Notes: generated from the sequence alone by a model not told the origin. Shown: positions 19,597 through 30,523, numbered from the stretch's first letter. The stretch is DNA of 64,000 nucleotides from Methanomassiliicoccaceae archaeon (GCA_963728405.1 CAVSJV010000007.1:160001-224000), one strand, 5' to 3'. Program-made: numbers and translations.

Positions 19597-20133
19597 TCAA
19601 TAATCGGGAAAAGTGCGCTTGAACAGGTCCATGCCCGATAGGATACATTCCATCCCGGACTTCTTACCCTCCCATCCCAGGACCTCGGTGTTCTTGCCCT
19701 CTTCTAGATGCTTGTATGTCCGGAAGAATTCGGCGATCTCGTCGAGGTAGTGGGTCGGCAGGTCGGTCAGGTCGTGGTATTCTCGGTTGCGAGGGTCGCG
19801 GATCGCCGCGCACAGCACCTTGTCATCAGCTCCCTTCTCATCCCTCATGCGGAGAACGCCCAGTGGGCGGGCCTCTACGATGCAACCGGTGAACGTGGGC
19901 TCGGACATTACGACCATCGCATCGATGGCATCCCCATCCTCGTAGAAGGTACGGGGCACCATGCCATATTCTAACGGGAACACCACGCTCGAGTGCAGGA
20001 CCCGGTCCAGCACAATGGCATCATAATCCTTGGACACTTCGTACTTGTTCTTACTGCCCTTGGGGGTCTCCACGATCACATTGATAATGTTAGGAGGGTC
20101 CTTCCCTACCGGCAGATCTTTCCACATCGTCAT
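19597..20133 (-). CDS. ppa: Inorganic pyrophosphatase (family I)
   Basis: ETPKGSKNKYE, LDRVL, YGMVPRT..EDGDAIDA, DEKGADDK, FFRTYKHLE. Confidence 0.92.
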   Translation of the reverse strand: MTMWKDLPVGKDPPNIINVIVETPKGSKNKYEVSKDYDAIVLDRVLHSSVVFPLEYGMVPRTFYEDGDAIDAMVVMSEPTFTGCIVEARPLGVLRMRDEKGADDKVLCAAIRDPRNREYHDLTDLPTHYLDEIAEFFRTYKHLEEGKNTEVLGWEGKKSGMECILSGMDLFKRTFPDY

Positions 20134-20305
20134 ATTTCTCACTTTGTCCTTGGCAGAATACAAGTCCCATTTAACTTTTTCGAGCGGGAAGTGCTCCTGC
20201 GCAAGCCGATGACAAGTGAGGCAGGGGAGCATATCCCCAGTATCGACCGTCTGCAGAAAATAGACTACTTGGGCCTGGTGCCAATCCTCCTTCGAGATGG
20301 GAGGC

Positions 20306-20476
20306 TCAGACTGGCCAGATCACTTTGGCCAGCGAAATGATGATGACGATGGCCACGATGCCGCCGACCACGTACCAGGGCTTGAAGACCGGTCCCTTAT
20401 CTACCTCGTTGTCGAAATAGCGGATCAGACCGGCAGCGGACTGGAATCCCGTGTTCTTCTTGCTCTTAGCGGGCAT
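20306..20476 (-). CDS. secG: Preprotein translocase subunit Sec61beta (not in the ORF track)
   Basis: MPAKSKKNTGFQSAAGLIRYFDNE...PWYVVGGIVAIVIIISLA; the SAAGLIRYFD motif plus a C-terminal TM helix. Confidence 0.88.
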   Translation of the reverse strand: MPAKSKKNTGFQSAAGLIRYFDNEVDKGPVFKPWYVVGGIVAIVIIISLAKVIWPV

Positions 20477-20537
20477 GAGTATCGTTCCTTGAAAACCACA
20501 CTATCTTATATAATTTTGTTGAGTCGGCCGTCGGATA

Positions 20538-20892
20538 TCAGATCGCGCTGCCCCCGACAAAATCCTCATCATAGCCGAGGACGACGAAACGGTTAGGGCC
20601 CTTGACCCTCTTCATGTTGTTGATCTCCTCATCGACCTTCTTCTTGGGGACTATTATGCCTAGCTTGATGCCCCGGCCGAGAACTGTCATAATATTCGGT
20701 GGACCTTCGCGGCAATAGGATGGAGCGGCATGATTCTATGAAGTCTGTCTCCAAAATTCGGTTATTCATCGTTACCGAGACTATCGCCCGATCTTCCAAT
20801 AGCTCCTGGGTAACCTGGGCCTCCGGACTCTCGTTCTGGAGCTCCTTGGCCCTCTGGAAAGCTATGGACTTAATCATTGGTTGGGTCGTCAT
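20538..20892 (-). pseudogene. Hypothetical protein split by a single frameshift
   Basis: ...STEYYD continues in another frame as VLGRGIKLGIIVPKKK...FVVLGYDEDF. Confidence 0.5.
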
Positions 20893-21027
20893 AACTAATC
20901 GCTATAGGTGCAGGTTGGTAAAGCCACTTTGCATCATTCCAACGTAAGATAATGAGCAGGCCAGGTACGACCGCTCTGGCGGGATAGATTTATAAGAAAC
21001 CAGCCTATTGGCGTTTAGGCTGATAGT

Positions 21028-22572
21028 ATGCACTGGGCAGATGTAGAGGCCAGCACTCTTCTGACGAAGGGCAAGACCCACCTGATAAACACCGGCATCA
21101 CCCCTTCCGGCACGCTCCATGTAGGAACTCTACGAGAAGCTATAACTGCCGAGGCGGTCAGGAAATCCCTCTCTAAGCAGGGCGCCAATGTCCGGATGAT
21201 CTACCTCGTTGATTCCTGGGATCCCCTGCGCAAGCGCTATCCCTTTCTTCCCGAGAGCTATGAAGCGGAGGTCGGCAAGCCTCTGGCCTACATACCATGC
21301 CCCTGCGGGGAGCACAAGAGCTATGCACAGCATTACATCCAACCATTCCTAGACTCCATCAGGGAGTTGGGCATCCACTGTGATGTGCTGTGGACCCATG
21401 AGCAGTACGAGGAGGGTAAGTTCGCCGAGGTCATCGACATGGCCATCAGAAAGAAGGACCTGGTGGCCCAGATCCTGAAAGAGGTGAGCGGAAGGGATGT
21501 TCCCAAGGATTTCTATCCCTACTCGCCGCGGTGCGAGAAATGTGGCCGTCTGACCCATGCCAAGGTGACTGGTTATGAGAAGCCGTTCGTAAGCTATACA
21601 TGTGCCTGCGGCCACACCGGACAGGCCGACATCCGCAAGGCCGATGGTAAGATGCCCTGGCGCGTCGAGTGGGCCGCCAAGTGGAAGGTGTTCAGTGTCA
21701 CCTGCGAGCCGTTCGGCAAGGACCATGCCGCAGCGGGCGGTTCCTACGATACCGGTGTCCGTCTGGCCAAGGAGGTCTTCGAGGTGGATCCTCCCCATCC
21801 CGTTCCGTATGAGTTCGTTCAGCTGAAGGGCAAGGGGCAGATGCACAAGTCCACCGGTTCCTCGGTGACCGGGGTGGACGCGTTACACATCACCCCCGCT
21901 GCGGTCATGAACTACATCATCCTCAGGGTGAATCCTAACCGACATATTGACTACGATGCCGGACTGGGCATCCTGGACATGGTTGATGAGTATGATCGGG
22001 TGGAGAACATGCACTACTGTGGGGGATGCGAGGAACGGGACAGAGACCTGCTGCGCGCCTACGAGCTATCACAGCCCGAAGGCCCCCGCTCCAAGCTGCC
22101 TCTCCAGATACCATACCGCCATCTTGTCTACTTGGTCCAGATCACTGACGGCTTCGACGGCGTGCTCGCCGTGCTGCGCCGGATGGGGGTGATTGACGAT
22201 TCCGTCTCCCCCGAAGATGTGGCCATCCTTAAGCAGAGGATCGATTGCGTCATCTACTGGCTGGCCAATTTCGCTCCCGATGAGGTCAAGTTCGCGGTGT
22301 GCGAGAACATGCCGCCCTGCGAGCTCAACGACCAGGAAAAGGCGTTCCTTCGCGAGCTGTTCGTGGCGATGGAGGGCGTGGAGTGGAAGGGAGAGAGCAT
22401 CCACAATGCCATGTACGCTTGCGCCAAGAACGGATCGATCGGGGCCAAGGGCGGATTCCAGGCACTGTACAAGATCTTCTGCAACCAGACGCAGGGACCT
22501 CGCCTGGGCTTCTTCCTTTCCACTATGGACAAGGACTTCGTGCTTAACCGCATCCGCGAAGCCTCAGCCTAA
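21028..22572 (+). CDS. lysS: Lysyl-tRNA synthetase, class I
   Basis: MHWAD, TGITPSGTLHVG, KMPWRVEWAAKW, EPFGKDH, QMHKSTG, GPRLG. Confidence 0.95.
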   Translation: MHWADVEASTLLTKGKTHLINTGITPSGTLHVGTLREAITAEAVRKSLSKQGANVRMIYLVDSWDPLRKRYPFLPESYEAEVGKPLAYIPCPCGEHKSYAQHYIQPFLDSIRELGIHCDVLWTHEQYEEGKFAEVIDMAIRKKDLVAQILKEVSGRDVPKDFYPYSPRCEKCGRLTHAKVTGYEKPFVSYTCACGHTGQADIRKADGKMPWRVEWAAKWKVFSVTCEPFGKDHAAAGGSYDTGVRLAKEVFEVDPPHPVPYEFVQLKGKGQMHKSTGSSVTGVDALHITPAAVMNYIILRVNPNRHIDYDAGLGILDMVDEYDRVENMHYCGGCEERDRDLLRAYELSQPEGPRSKLPLQIPYRHLVYLVQITDGFDGVLAVLRRMGVIDDSVSPEDVAILKQRIDCVIYWLANFAPDEVKFAVCENMPPCELNDQEKAFLRELFVAMEGVEWKGESIHNAMYACAKNGSIGAKGGFQALYKIFCNQTQGPRLGFFLSTMDKDFVLNRIREASA

Positions 22573-22834
22573 GGACTCACTTTGTAACGGAACGCTATTT
22601 ACCGTCAAGGCAGGAATGAACGTCACGTCCTGAGACGGAATGTTCGCCCAAGGGACGACCGACCATATTCTGCCGCATTTTTCTCTCGTACCTGATCATC
22701 TAGCAGCCGCTCCATGGCGCAGCGGAGGAACTCTCCCCTAACTATGAGTTCACTCAGGTGCACGCCATGACCCGCGGCGATCCCAACTTCGCCGTGCTGC
22801 TGGACGGTCCACAAGAGGTGACCGAACCTTTTAC

Positions 22835-23938
22835 TCACTTTTTCAGTAGGCCCTGCTCGTTCAGCTTGTCTGGCAGGTACGTGTCGGTGACATAGTCCAA
22901 CCCATACTTCGCCAACGCCTGCTGTTCCGATTTGCGATTCAACTTAAGCATGAGGTCGATCTCCCCCTTCCAGAAATCGGTGTTGAACCGAGGATCCTTC
23001 AGTTCAGCGTTCAGCGCTCGGACGTCCATGTCGGTGAGCTTGTCGGTCGGCAGCTCGTAGTTCTCGATGTCCGAGGCGGTGATCCCGATATACTCAGCGG
23101 TCGGAGTGGCCAGATACTCAGAGAGGTGGGCGGTCTTGATCGCCCCGTAGGCGATGGACGCATAGATGCGGAAGGACCACGGATCGCCATCGGTGAACAC
23201 GATGACTGGGAGCTTGACCTCTTCGTTAAGTCGCTTGATGAACCGACGAGTGGACCGGGCCGGCTGTCCTTTCAGGTGCACCAGCACCGCGTTGTAATCC
23301 TCGTCGAAACCGTTCTCCACAAGCCTGTCGAACATACCACCGGTCTCGATGGCCACGACGAACTTGGCGGAGGAGTCCTTGATCTCGATCTTCTCCTTCT
23401 CCACATTGTATGGGATGCCGTAGCCGGAGTCGCCCACATCGTCGCGGCAGTTGAGCTTCTTCTTCTTACCCTTCCGGTCCGTCTCCACGATGTTGATGTC
23501 CCCGATGACCCTGGCGCCGTCCTCCTCGGGGCGAAGCTTAAAGTCCTCCCGGAGGCACTGGGTGACGATTTCCAGGTCCTCAGCCAGTAGATTGGACTCA
23601 TCCTGGGAGTGGAACTTGGCCTTGCCCCACCCCTCAGAGATGTAGTACGCCTCTCTCAGGGTCGAGGACTTGTTGGTCTCTATCATGCCCTGGATCAGCT
23701 CCAGCATGTAGGAGGTCCGGAGCAGCATCATGGCCCCCTTGACCTTCTTGGCCGTCCTCGCTCCCCGCAGGCTGCCGTACTTCCAGACGTTGCTCCGGGT
23801 GTCGAACTTGATGTTGGCCTTGGTCCTCAAGGGCAGCACCATCTTGGGGATGTTGCCCTTGTCCAGCTGCTCGTAGATGGACTCGGAGATGGAGTAGAGC
23901 CTTTTTATCGCTTCAGTGTTACGTTCATTGCTCATCAT
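22835..23938 (-). CDS. top6A: DNA topoisomerase VI subunit A
   Basis: [34 protein letters not shown]. Confidence 0.95.
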   Translation of the reverse strand: MMSNERNTEAIKRLYSISESIYEQLDKGNIPKMVLPLRTKANIKFDTRSNVWKYGSLRGARTAKKVKGAMMLLRTSYMLELIQGMIETNKSSTLREAYYISEGWGKAKFHSQDESNLLAEDLEIVTQCLREDFKLRPEEDGARVIGDINIVETDRKGKKKKLNCRDDVGDSGYGIPYNVEKEKIEIKDSSAKFVVAIETGGMFDRLVENGFDEDYNAVLVHLKGQPARSTRRFIKRLNEEVKLPVIVFTDGDPWSFRIYASIAYGAIKTAHLSEYLATPTAEYIGITASDIENYELPTDKLTDMDVRALNAELKDPRFNTDFWKGEIDLMLKLNRKSEQQALAKYGLDYVTDTYLPDKLNEQGLLKK

Positions 23939-25922
23939 TTAGGTCCTCTCCTGCCTCGTCGTAGTCCGGCTCCTCATCCTCTTCGTCGGTCTTTTCCTGG
24001 ACCGACGCGTCCACCTCAGTGAAGTGGACACCCTGCAGGTCCCAGTCGCCGGGCAGGGGGTCGGCGCCCATGACATCTACCGGGTTGATGCCCGATACGT
24101 AAAGCTCTGTCTCGGAGTAAGCGTCCTGGTCCAGCCCTTTCAGGTCGAAGCAGACCTCGCAGACAGCGGTGGAAGCGATCTTGGGTAGCTCCCAGGTGAT
24201 CTTCTCCCCATCCTTGACCTCGGCCGGCTTGATATTGCATGACTCGATATCGAGGCAGCCCCGCGGGAGCACCGTGTGGAGTCTGAAGCGTTGCTGCTTC
24301 GGCGTGTAGTTGTAAACGAGCACCTTGATATTGTGGCGCCCTTTCGCGAAGGAAACGGCATCGTCGATCCACACCACATTCATGATCTTCGTTAGCGTTC
24401 CTCGCAGGTCGGGAATAGGTTTGCCGACGATCTTGGAGGTCTTCTCTGCCATCAGCGGAATGATGACCTGTACGATCTCGAACTTGGAACGGGTCTTGGT
24501 TTTCCGATCCTTCTTATTGAGATGGATCTTGAGGCTGCGACCGCAGGCCTTGAGCGCCAGGGCGATCTCTTCCTGGATGGCTGGCACCGAGGCGATGGCC
24601 TCCTTGGCCTCCGAGGTGAACGGTATCTTGGTGGAGGCCACATGCACCATGATGATGGCCGGTCCGAAGGGGATGCCCGAACCGCCGCGCTGCTCCAGGC
24701 CGTAGCGCCGCCAGTCGGTGTTCTCTATTGCTTTCGTTACCACGCATGCGCCCTGTTGATAGAGCAGCGGAACGCGGTTGGCAAACCGCAGGATCTGCAC
24801 TGGCTGGTCCGCTGGCATGTTCCCGCCATAGACGATTCCGACCTCCACCAGGAACGGGTTACCGGTATGGACCTTGGGCTCTCTGGTGACCGGCGGAGCA
24901 TAGAATTCCGGCTTGATCTCCATGAGCATGTGTTTGAGGCCCTTACGGATGAGGTTCTCGCCGATGGGAGAAAGACAATCGACCTGGGGAGCCATGATCT
25001 TGACCTTGCCAATGCCGTCCAGCAGCTGCTTAGAAGACTCTAAGCTCAGGTTCGCCGGCTTGGCCGTTTCCGGAAGCGCGGCGGAGGAGCAGATCTCCTT
25101 GGCCACTCGTTCGGAGATCCGGTTAAAATCGTTCTGTAGGAACTTGGCCAGGCTCCGTTCTTTGGTAGCCTTTATCATGTTCATGAGCGTCCCCAGCTCG
25201 ATGCCGTCGGGATGGGGTTTGATCTCCTTGGTGGGCGGGGGCATCAGGTCCGTGGCCCTATCGAAGTTGTACCTCTTACCATCCGGATCGATGAAGGAGA
25301 CCGTGGCATGAGGGTTGACGATAGCGGTCTGTCGGAGATATTCCAGCACTGACTGCTTGCCAGTCACATACCGTCCGTTCATATAGAACTCGACGCTGGT
25401 GCCATGGACCTTCTCGTTCCAGGGCACGAAGTCCTCGCGCAAGATTATGGGGGCGTTTTTCTTAGTATCGATGATGAGGTCGATCTCCTTGGCGGCCTCG
25501 GCCCCTTCGACCTTGGAGCGGGCGGTGGCCGCCTTGCCCGTGGTGATCTGACCATACATGATGGTGGCCGAGATCCCGATGCCCTGTTGTCCCCGGGACT
25601 GACGAACGGCGTGGAACCTAGAACCGTAGAGGAGACGTCCAAAGACGTTAGGCATGGATGTAGAAACAATGCCCGGACCATTGTCCTCGACCATGACCCG
25701 GTACTCCTTCTGATCGATGCGGTCGATCTTGACCAGTATCTCGGGAAGGATCTGCGCTTCCTCGCAGGCGTCCAAGGAGTTATCGACCGCTTCCTTTACG
25801 CCCATGATGAGCGATTTTACCGGTGAGTCGAAGCCGAGGATCTGACGGTTCTTCTCGAAGAACTCGGAGACTGATATCTCCTTCTGGCTCTTGGCCATTT
25901 TCGAAGCTGTGGTTGAGGGCAT
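23925..25922 (-). CDS. top6B: DNA topoisomerase VI subunit B
   Basis: KEAVDNSLDACEE, EDNGPGI, QSRGQQGIGIS, RFANRVPLLYQQG. Confidence 0.95.
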   Translation of the reverse strand: MPSTTASKMAKSQKEISVSEFFEKNRQILGFDSPVKSLIMGVKEAVDNSLDACEEAQILPEILVKIDRIDQKEYRVMVEDNGPGIVSTSMPNVFGRLLYGSRFHAVRQSRGQQGIGISATIMYGQITTGKAATARSKVEGAEAAKEIDLIIDTKKNAPIILREDFVPWNEKVHGTSVEFYMNGRYVTGKQSVLEYLRQTAIVNPHATVSFIDPDGKRYNFDRATDLMPPPTKEIKPHPDGIELGTLMNMIKATKERSLAKFLQNDFNRISERVAKEICSSAALPETAKPANLSLESSKQLLDGIGKVKIMAPQVDCLSPIGENLIRKGLKHMLMEIKPEFYAPPVTREPKVHTGNPFLVEVGIVYGGNMPADQPVQILRFANRVPLLYQQGACVVTKAIENTDWRRYGLEQRGGSGIPFGPAIIMVHVASTKIPFTSEAKEAIASVPAIQEEIALALKACGRSLKIHLNKKDRKTKTRSKFEIVQVIIPLMAEKTSKIVGKPIPDLRGTLTKIMNVVWIDDAVSFAKGRHNIKVLVYNYTPKQQRFRLHTVLPRGCLDIESCNIKPAEVKDGEKITWELPKIASTAVCEVCFDLKGLDQDAYSETELYVSGINPVDVMGADPLPGDWDLQGVHFTEVDASVQEKTDEEDEEPDYDEAGEDLNDEQ

Positions 25923-25981
25923 CCCGTTACCTCAATGAAGAGTTATATTAAAAGGTTTGACTGGGAGGTGGCCGAAAGTGC

Positions 25982-26992
25982 TCAGTTCTCGAACTCCTTC
26001 CCGCAGTTCCAGCACTTCTTGGCGTCCTCGTCGACCTTGGCTCCGCAATCAGTGCACACGAACTCGTCCTTGCCCTTTTCGGGGGCCTTGGGTGTCTCGT
26101 CCTTCCCGGCGTCGTCGAATTTCTCGCCGCACTGGGGACACTTGTCCGCGCTGGACGGGACTTCCCCGCCGCACTCTGAGCAAACGAACTTTTCGTCCTT
26201 GCCGTCTTTGGCCGGAGGCAGCTTGCCGCCCTTGGTGCCATACTGCTTCTCCATCTGGGCCACCTTGGCCTTGGATCGATCGCTCATGTAGCTGAGGGCT
26301 AGCAGCAGGAAGTACAGCACACCCACCTGGATGAACAGGGCGAGCATCAGGGTCGGAAGCCAGTGAGCGTACAGGTCGCCGTCGGACACTAGAATGGGGC
26401 CATAGTTGCCCGGAGTAACGACCCAATTCTGCCCGTTATTGGCGGTGAAGAAGTAAGCATATTCGGTCTTGTTCTGTAATGTGGTATCATAGGTGAATAG
26501 GCGACCCTCGGATACATTCGTGAAGGCCATGGTCTCATTGCGTTCGGTCGTACCGGTCCAGTAATCTGCGATAATGACGTTGACCTGAGTATAGTTGCTA
26601 TCCTTCACCAGTATGCTGAACTGATAGTCCGTGCTAGAGTCCCCATATATCGGGGTGAGCTTACCATCCACCATGGTCCCATCGGTGGTGCTCTGGGTTG
26701 TGTTTGCCAAGCTCTTTTGGCCCTCGATGTAGGAAATGCTAAAGGGGACCGCCAGCAGTACAATTAAAATAATGCCCCAGGCCGCTAGCTTCTTCTTGGA
26801 CTTCATGCCGAAGAAGTATGGAATGTAATATCCGGCCAGCGCGACTAGCAGGAGGCCGAAGCACAGCAGGTAGCCGGAATAGACTAGCAGTAGGGAACAA
26901 ATGACGAAGGTGAGGGCCAGTCCGATCAGAATGGCGTATTTGTGCCTCCGGAATTTGAAGAACCTGTCCTTGAGGTCATCCACCATTGACAT
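25982..26992 (-). CDS. Membrane protein with two C-terminal zinc-ribbon repeats
   Basis: N-terminal TM helices, an extracellular beta-rich loop, another TM, then CSEC..CPQC and CTDC..CWNC. Confidence 0.75.
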   Translation of the reverse strand: MSMVDDLKDRFFKFRRHKYAILIGLALTFVICSLLLVYSGYLLCFGLLLVALAGYYIPYFFGMKSKKKLAAWGIILIVLLAVPFSISYIEGQKSLANTTQSTTDGTMVDGKLTPIYGDSSTDYQFSILVKDSNYTQVNVIIADYWTGTTERNETMAFTNVSEGRLFTYDTTLQNKTEYAYFFTANNGQNWVVTPGNYGPILVSDGDLYAHWLPTLMLALFIQVGVLYFLLLALSYMSDRSKAKVAQMEKQYGTKGGKLPPAKDGKDEKFVCSECGGEVPSSADKCPQCGEKFDDAGKDETPKAPEKGKDEFVCTDCGAKVDEDAKKCWNCGKEFEN

Positions 26993-27091
26993 TGATGTTC
27001 GGCATTGGCATAGAGGGTTTAAACTTATTGTTTTCCAGGCAGAAAATCTTTATTTATTGCCCGTAGGTTGGTTTGACCTAGACGTGGGCAT

Positions 27092-28036
27092 ATGAGAACG
27101 GCAGTAGTGGCCATCGGCGGGAACGCCATACTGAGGAAAGGGCAGCGCTCTACCCTGGAGAATCAGCTCAGGAACCTTGAGGAGACCTCTCGCCACATCG
27201 CCATGATGGTAAGCTCTGGCTATGACATCACCCTCACCCACGGCAATGGCCCCCAGGTCGGGGACATCGTGCTGCAGAATGAGGCGGCCAAGGGGGAAGT
27301 GTCCCCGATGCCATTGGACGTTTGCGTGGCCGAGTCCCAAGGCCTCATCGGTTACATGTTCCAACAGACCTTGACCGAAGCGCTGCGGACGCTGTGCTGC
27401 GAGCGGATCGTCCCCTGCGTCCTGACCCGGGTGCTGGTCGACGAGAACGACGAGGCATTTAGGTCGCCGTCCAAACCGATAGGGCCGTTCTATTCGTTCG
27501 ACGAGGCGGCGGAGCTAAAGGCCGCCAAAGGCTGGACCATGTTGGAAGACAGTGCCCGCGGGGGATGGCGAAGGGTCGTGCCCTCTCCCCGCCCCAAGAG
27601 CATCGTGGAGGCCAGCTCCATCAAGCGGCTGGTCAAGGGCGGGAACGACCTGGTGATCTCCACCGGTGGAGGAGGCATCCCGGTCATCAAGCGCGACGGC
27701 CGTCTGCAGGGCGTCGAGGCCGTGGTCGACAAGGACCTCGCCGCCGCTTGCCTGGCCAAGTGTATGGGGGAATCCCTCCTGATCATGCTGACCGATGTCG
27801 ACCAGGTATTCCTCGATTACGGCCGGAAGGAGCAGCGCCCTCTCGGCACGGTCACCGCCGACGAGGCCGAATCCTATCTCCGGGCCGGACAGTTCCCCGC
27901 CGGGACGATGGGGCCGAAGGTCGAGGCGGGCATCGACTTCGTCCGTTCGGGGGGAGAGCGGGCGATCATCACAAGACCGGAACTTTTAGATACGGCCTTG
28001 GCGAGTAGGGCGGGAACTGAGATAGTACTTAGGTGA
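27092..28036 (+). CDS. arcC: Carbamate kinase
   Basis: AIGGNAI, THGNGPQVG, AESQGLIGY, RRVVPSP, GGGGIPV, VDKDLAA, GTMGPKVEA. Confidence 0.93.
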   Translation: MRTAVVAIGGNAILRKGQRSTLENQLRNLEETSRHIAMMVSSGYDITLTHGNGPQVGDIVLQNEAAKGEVSPMPLDVCVAESQGLIGYMFQQTLTEALRTLCCERIVPCVLTRVLVDENDEAFRSPSKPIGPFYSFDEAAELKAAKGWTMLEDSARGGWRRVVPSPRPKSIVEASSIKRLVKGGNDLVISTGGGGIPVIKRDGRLQGVEAVVDKDLAAACLAKCMGESLLIMLTDVDQVFLDYGRKEQRPLGTVTADEAESYLRAGQFPAGTMGPKVEAGIDFVRSGGERAIITRPELLDTALASRAGTEIVLR

Positions 28037-28042
28037 ACCAGA

Positions 28043-29158
28043 GTGGCCCTTACCATCGATGAGCAGATCAAGGCGATCGAGGACGAGATCCTCAAGACCC
28101 AGTACAACAAGAAGACCCAGAGCCACATAGGTCTCCTGAAGGCTAAGATCGCCCGTCTCAAGATGGAGCAAGAGAAGCGGCGGGCCGCTTCGGGCGGCGG
28201 TGGCCAAGGATACTCGGTCAAGAAGTCCGGAAACGCCACCGTCGCGCTGGTGGGGTTCCCCAGTGTCGGCAAGTCTACTCTATTGAACAGGCTGACCGGG
28301 GCTCAGAGCGAAGTGGCCGCGTACGCGTTCACCACGGTGGATGTCATCCCCGGGGTGATGTATCACGAGTTCGCCAAGATCCAGATCCTAGATATGCCCG
28401 GCTTGATACGGGACGCATCCAAGGGTAAGGGCCGCGGCCGAGAGGTGTTAGCGGTCGTTAGGACCTCTGATCTTATCCTGTTCGTTATCGACGTCTATGA
28501 CATGAACATCGACGTCCTGGTCAACGAGCTTTACAATACTGGCATCAGGCTGAACACTCGCCCGCCCAATGTGGTCATCACCAAGACCGATAAGGGCGGG
28601 ATAGAGGTCAAGCCGACCGTGCCGCTCACCAAGATCGACGTGGAGATGGCGGCCGACATGGTCGCCGCCTATGGTTACGTGAACGCCGAGGTCATCATTC
28701 GCGAGGACATGGACGAGGAGCGGCTCATCGACGCGCTGACCGGTAATCGCGTCTATCTTCGCTCGGTGACCGTGGTCAACAAGATCGATCTCATCGATCA
28801 GGCCCACATGGAGCAGGTTAAGGCCAAGCTCAAGGATTGGAACCCCATCTACGTCGCGGCCAGTAAGGGAGTCAATCTGGACGGGCTCAAGGAAGCTATC
28901 TACAAGAAGCTCGACTTCATACATGTGTTCTTAAAGCCCCAGGGCCAGGACGCCGATATGAAGGAACCGGTGGTCATCATGAACGGTTCGACCGTCGGCG
29001 ACCTGTGCGATCGCATCCACCGTTCCTTCCGCAAGAACTTCCGCTACGCTACCGTCTGGGGCAAGTCGGCCAAGTTCCCCGGGCAGACCGTGGGAGCGGA
29101 CCATGTCATGAGGGACGGGGACATCGTAACGGTAGTGGTCAAGCGGGGCGGGGACTGA
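28043..29158 (+). CDS. DRG-family OBG GTPase with TGS domain
   Basis: VGFPSVGKST, AAYAFTT, DMPGLI, NKID, WGKSAKFPGQ. Confidence 0.92.
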   Translation: MALTIDEQIKAIEDEILKTQYNKKTQSHIGLLKAKIARLKMEQEKRRAASGGGGQGYSVKKSGNATVALVGFPSVGKSTLLNRLTGAQSEVAAYAFTTVDVIPGVMYHEFAKIQILDMPGLIRDASKGKGRGREVLAVVRTSDLILFVIDVYDMNIDVLVNELYNTGIRLNTRPPNVVITKTDKGGIEVKPTVPLTKIDVEMAADMVAAYGYVNAEVIIREDMDEERLIDALTGNRVYLRSVTVVNKIDLIDQAHMEQVKAKLKDWNPIYVAASKGVNLDGLKEAIYKKLDFIHVFLKPQGQDADMKEPVVIMNGSTVGDLCDRIHRSFRKNFRYATVWGKSAKFPGQTVGADHVMRDGDIVTVVVKRGGD

Positions 29159-29182
29159 GCAAGGGATTTTTGACCGTAGCTC

Positions 29183-29305
29183 CATGTCCCGCCGGCGGAG
29201 CGGGCAAGGCTGGGCACAGTGGGCAATCTGGTCCGGTTATCGGTGGGCATCGAGGATGTGCAAGATATCACGGAAGGCCTGGACCAGCTCCTTCGCTTAG
29301 TGTGA
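29183..29305 (+). pseudogene. C-terminal remnant of a Cys/Met-metabolism PLP enzyme (MetB/MetC/MGL family)
   Basis: HVPPAERARLGTVGNLVRLSVGIEDVQDITEGLDQLL contains the family's C-terminal LVRLSVGIED motif; no start or N-terminus. Confidence 0.7.
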
Positions 29306-29310
29306 TGCGC

Positions 29311-29982
29311 TCACAGCTCGGTGCACAGCCGCACTAGTTTGTCGATCTGTACTGCCATGGAATCCCTAATGGCCAAGGCGTCGGTACCTCTCTCCCGGTA
29401 CGCCTTCTCCAGGAAGGACGGATACCAGCTGGATATGTGGTTGGAGGGGAGGGGGAGGAACACCAGCATGAGGCCTTCAGGCGGATAGTTGGTGCGAACC
29501 CAGTTCTTGGCCAGGTCGCCCAGCGTCACGATGGTCTGCACCCCCTCATCCAGCAGCGCGTCGACCTCTTTTCTGGAGAGGTCCATGCTGGTCCGGCCGA
29601 GCCCGGTGCTCTCCTCGGCGGGGGACCGATCGAGGTATATCAGATGGCCGTAATGGAAGAGCTTGTACAGCTGACGCATCTTCTCTTCCTCCTGTACGTC
29701 CCACATCTCCCGCAGGAAGTGCTGCACCCTGACCAGCATCCGACCGGGGTCCCCCGCCGCGAAGATCATGCGGCGGGCCGACTCATCGTCAAATGTCTTA
29801 CTGGCCCGGTAGATAGGCATGAGGGCCGGGGATGGGGATTCGGCCACTATGATCACCTTGACCTGTGGTGGACGGGGTACATTGATCTCCGCTCCACCGT
29901 AATCGATGCCCTTGGCGCCATCCCGTTCCATTCCGTCGACAGGCAAACTTATCCTCGGCCGGGACATGTGCAAGGGGCCCAT
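29311..29982 (-). CDS. Divergent uracil-DNA glycosylase-superfamily protein
   Basis: KVIIVAESP (motif A-like), TIVTLGDLA, FLPLPS (motif B-like, with His replaced by Leu). Confidence 0.5.
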   Translation of the reverse strand: MGPLHMSRPRISLPVDGMERDGAKGIDYGGAEINVPRPPQVKVIIVAESPSPALMPIYRASKTFDDESARRMIFAAGDPGRMLVRVQHFLREMWDVQEEEKMRQLYKLFHYGHLIYLDRSPAEESTGLGRTSMDLSRKEVDALLDEGVQTIVTLGDLAKNWVRTNYPPEGLMLVFLPLPSNHISSWYPSFLEKAYRERGTDALAIRDSMAVQIDKLVRLCTEL

Positions 29983-30130
29983 AATATGTTATCATTGGTG
30001 GTGAGTCCCCGACCTATCGATGTTCCACCGTATGCCTGGTCAACACACCAATGCCGCCGTTGTGTTCAACTCCTTTCATTTCATGACAGAATGACCAATC
30101 TATTCATGGGATAGAGGGGATGACCGGAGC

Positions 30131-30523
30131 ATGGGAATTGCGGAACTGGCCGGATCGAAAGCGAGCACATTGCCTTTGATACTGGATGGCGGCCCCACCT
30201 CTGACCTGGAAACAGTGATCGTGGTGCTGATCATCGCCGCGGTGGTGATATTCCGTATTTTAATGCTAGGGAGGGCGAACGCCATGCGGACCAGGTGCCC
30301 CAGGTGCGGGACGGTGTTCGATATGTTGTTCGTCCGAGGCCCTCATCTCGGGCCGTGGAGATATGGTCGGTGTCCGTCCTGCCATAAGGGAGGCCTAATG
30401 CGCACCGGGATAAACGCCACCTTGACCTGGCCCGAAGAGGAAGATGGGGGTGAAGAGCGTCCCAACGGGCTGGACGAGAAGGAAGAACTAGACCGTCGCA
30501 TCCACGATTCGAAGTATGATTAG
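30131..30523 (+). CDS. Membrane-anchored zinc-ribbon protein
   Basis: TM helix, then CPRC and CPSC. Confidence 0.65.
   Translation: MGIAELAGSKASTLPLILDGGPTSDLETVIVVLIIAAVVIFRILMLGRANAMRTRCPRCGTVFDMLFVRGPHLGPWRYGRCPSCHKGGLMRTGINATLTWPEEEDGGEERPNGLDEKEELDRRIHDSKYD

Noticed and set aside
22580-22830. Coding-like fragment (EELSPNYEFTQVHAMTRGDPNF) between lysS and top6A
   Set aside because: No start or intact frame; too short to assign to a family
27092-28036. Carbamate kinase without neighbouring arcA/arcB as a novel pathway
   Set aside because: Stand-alone carbamate kinases are already known in archaea; nothing further in the window supports novelty
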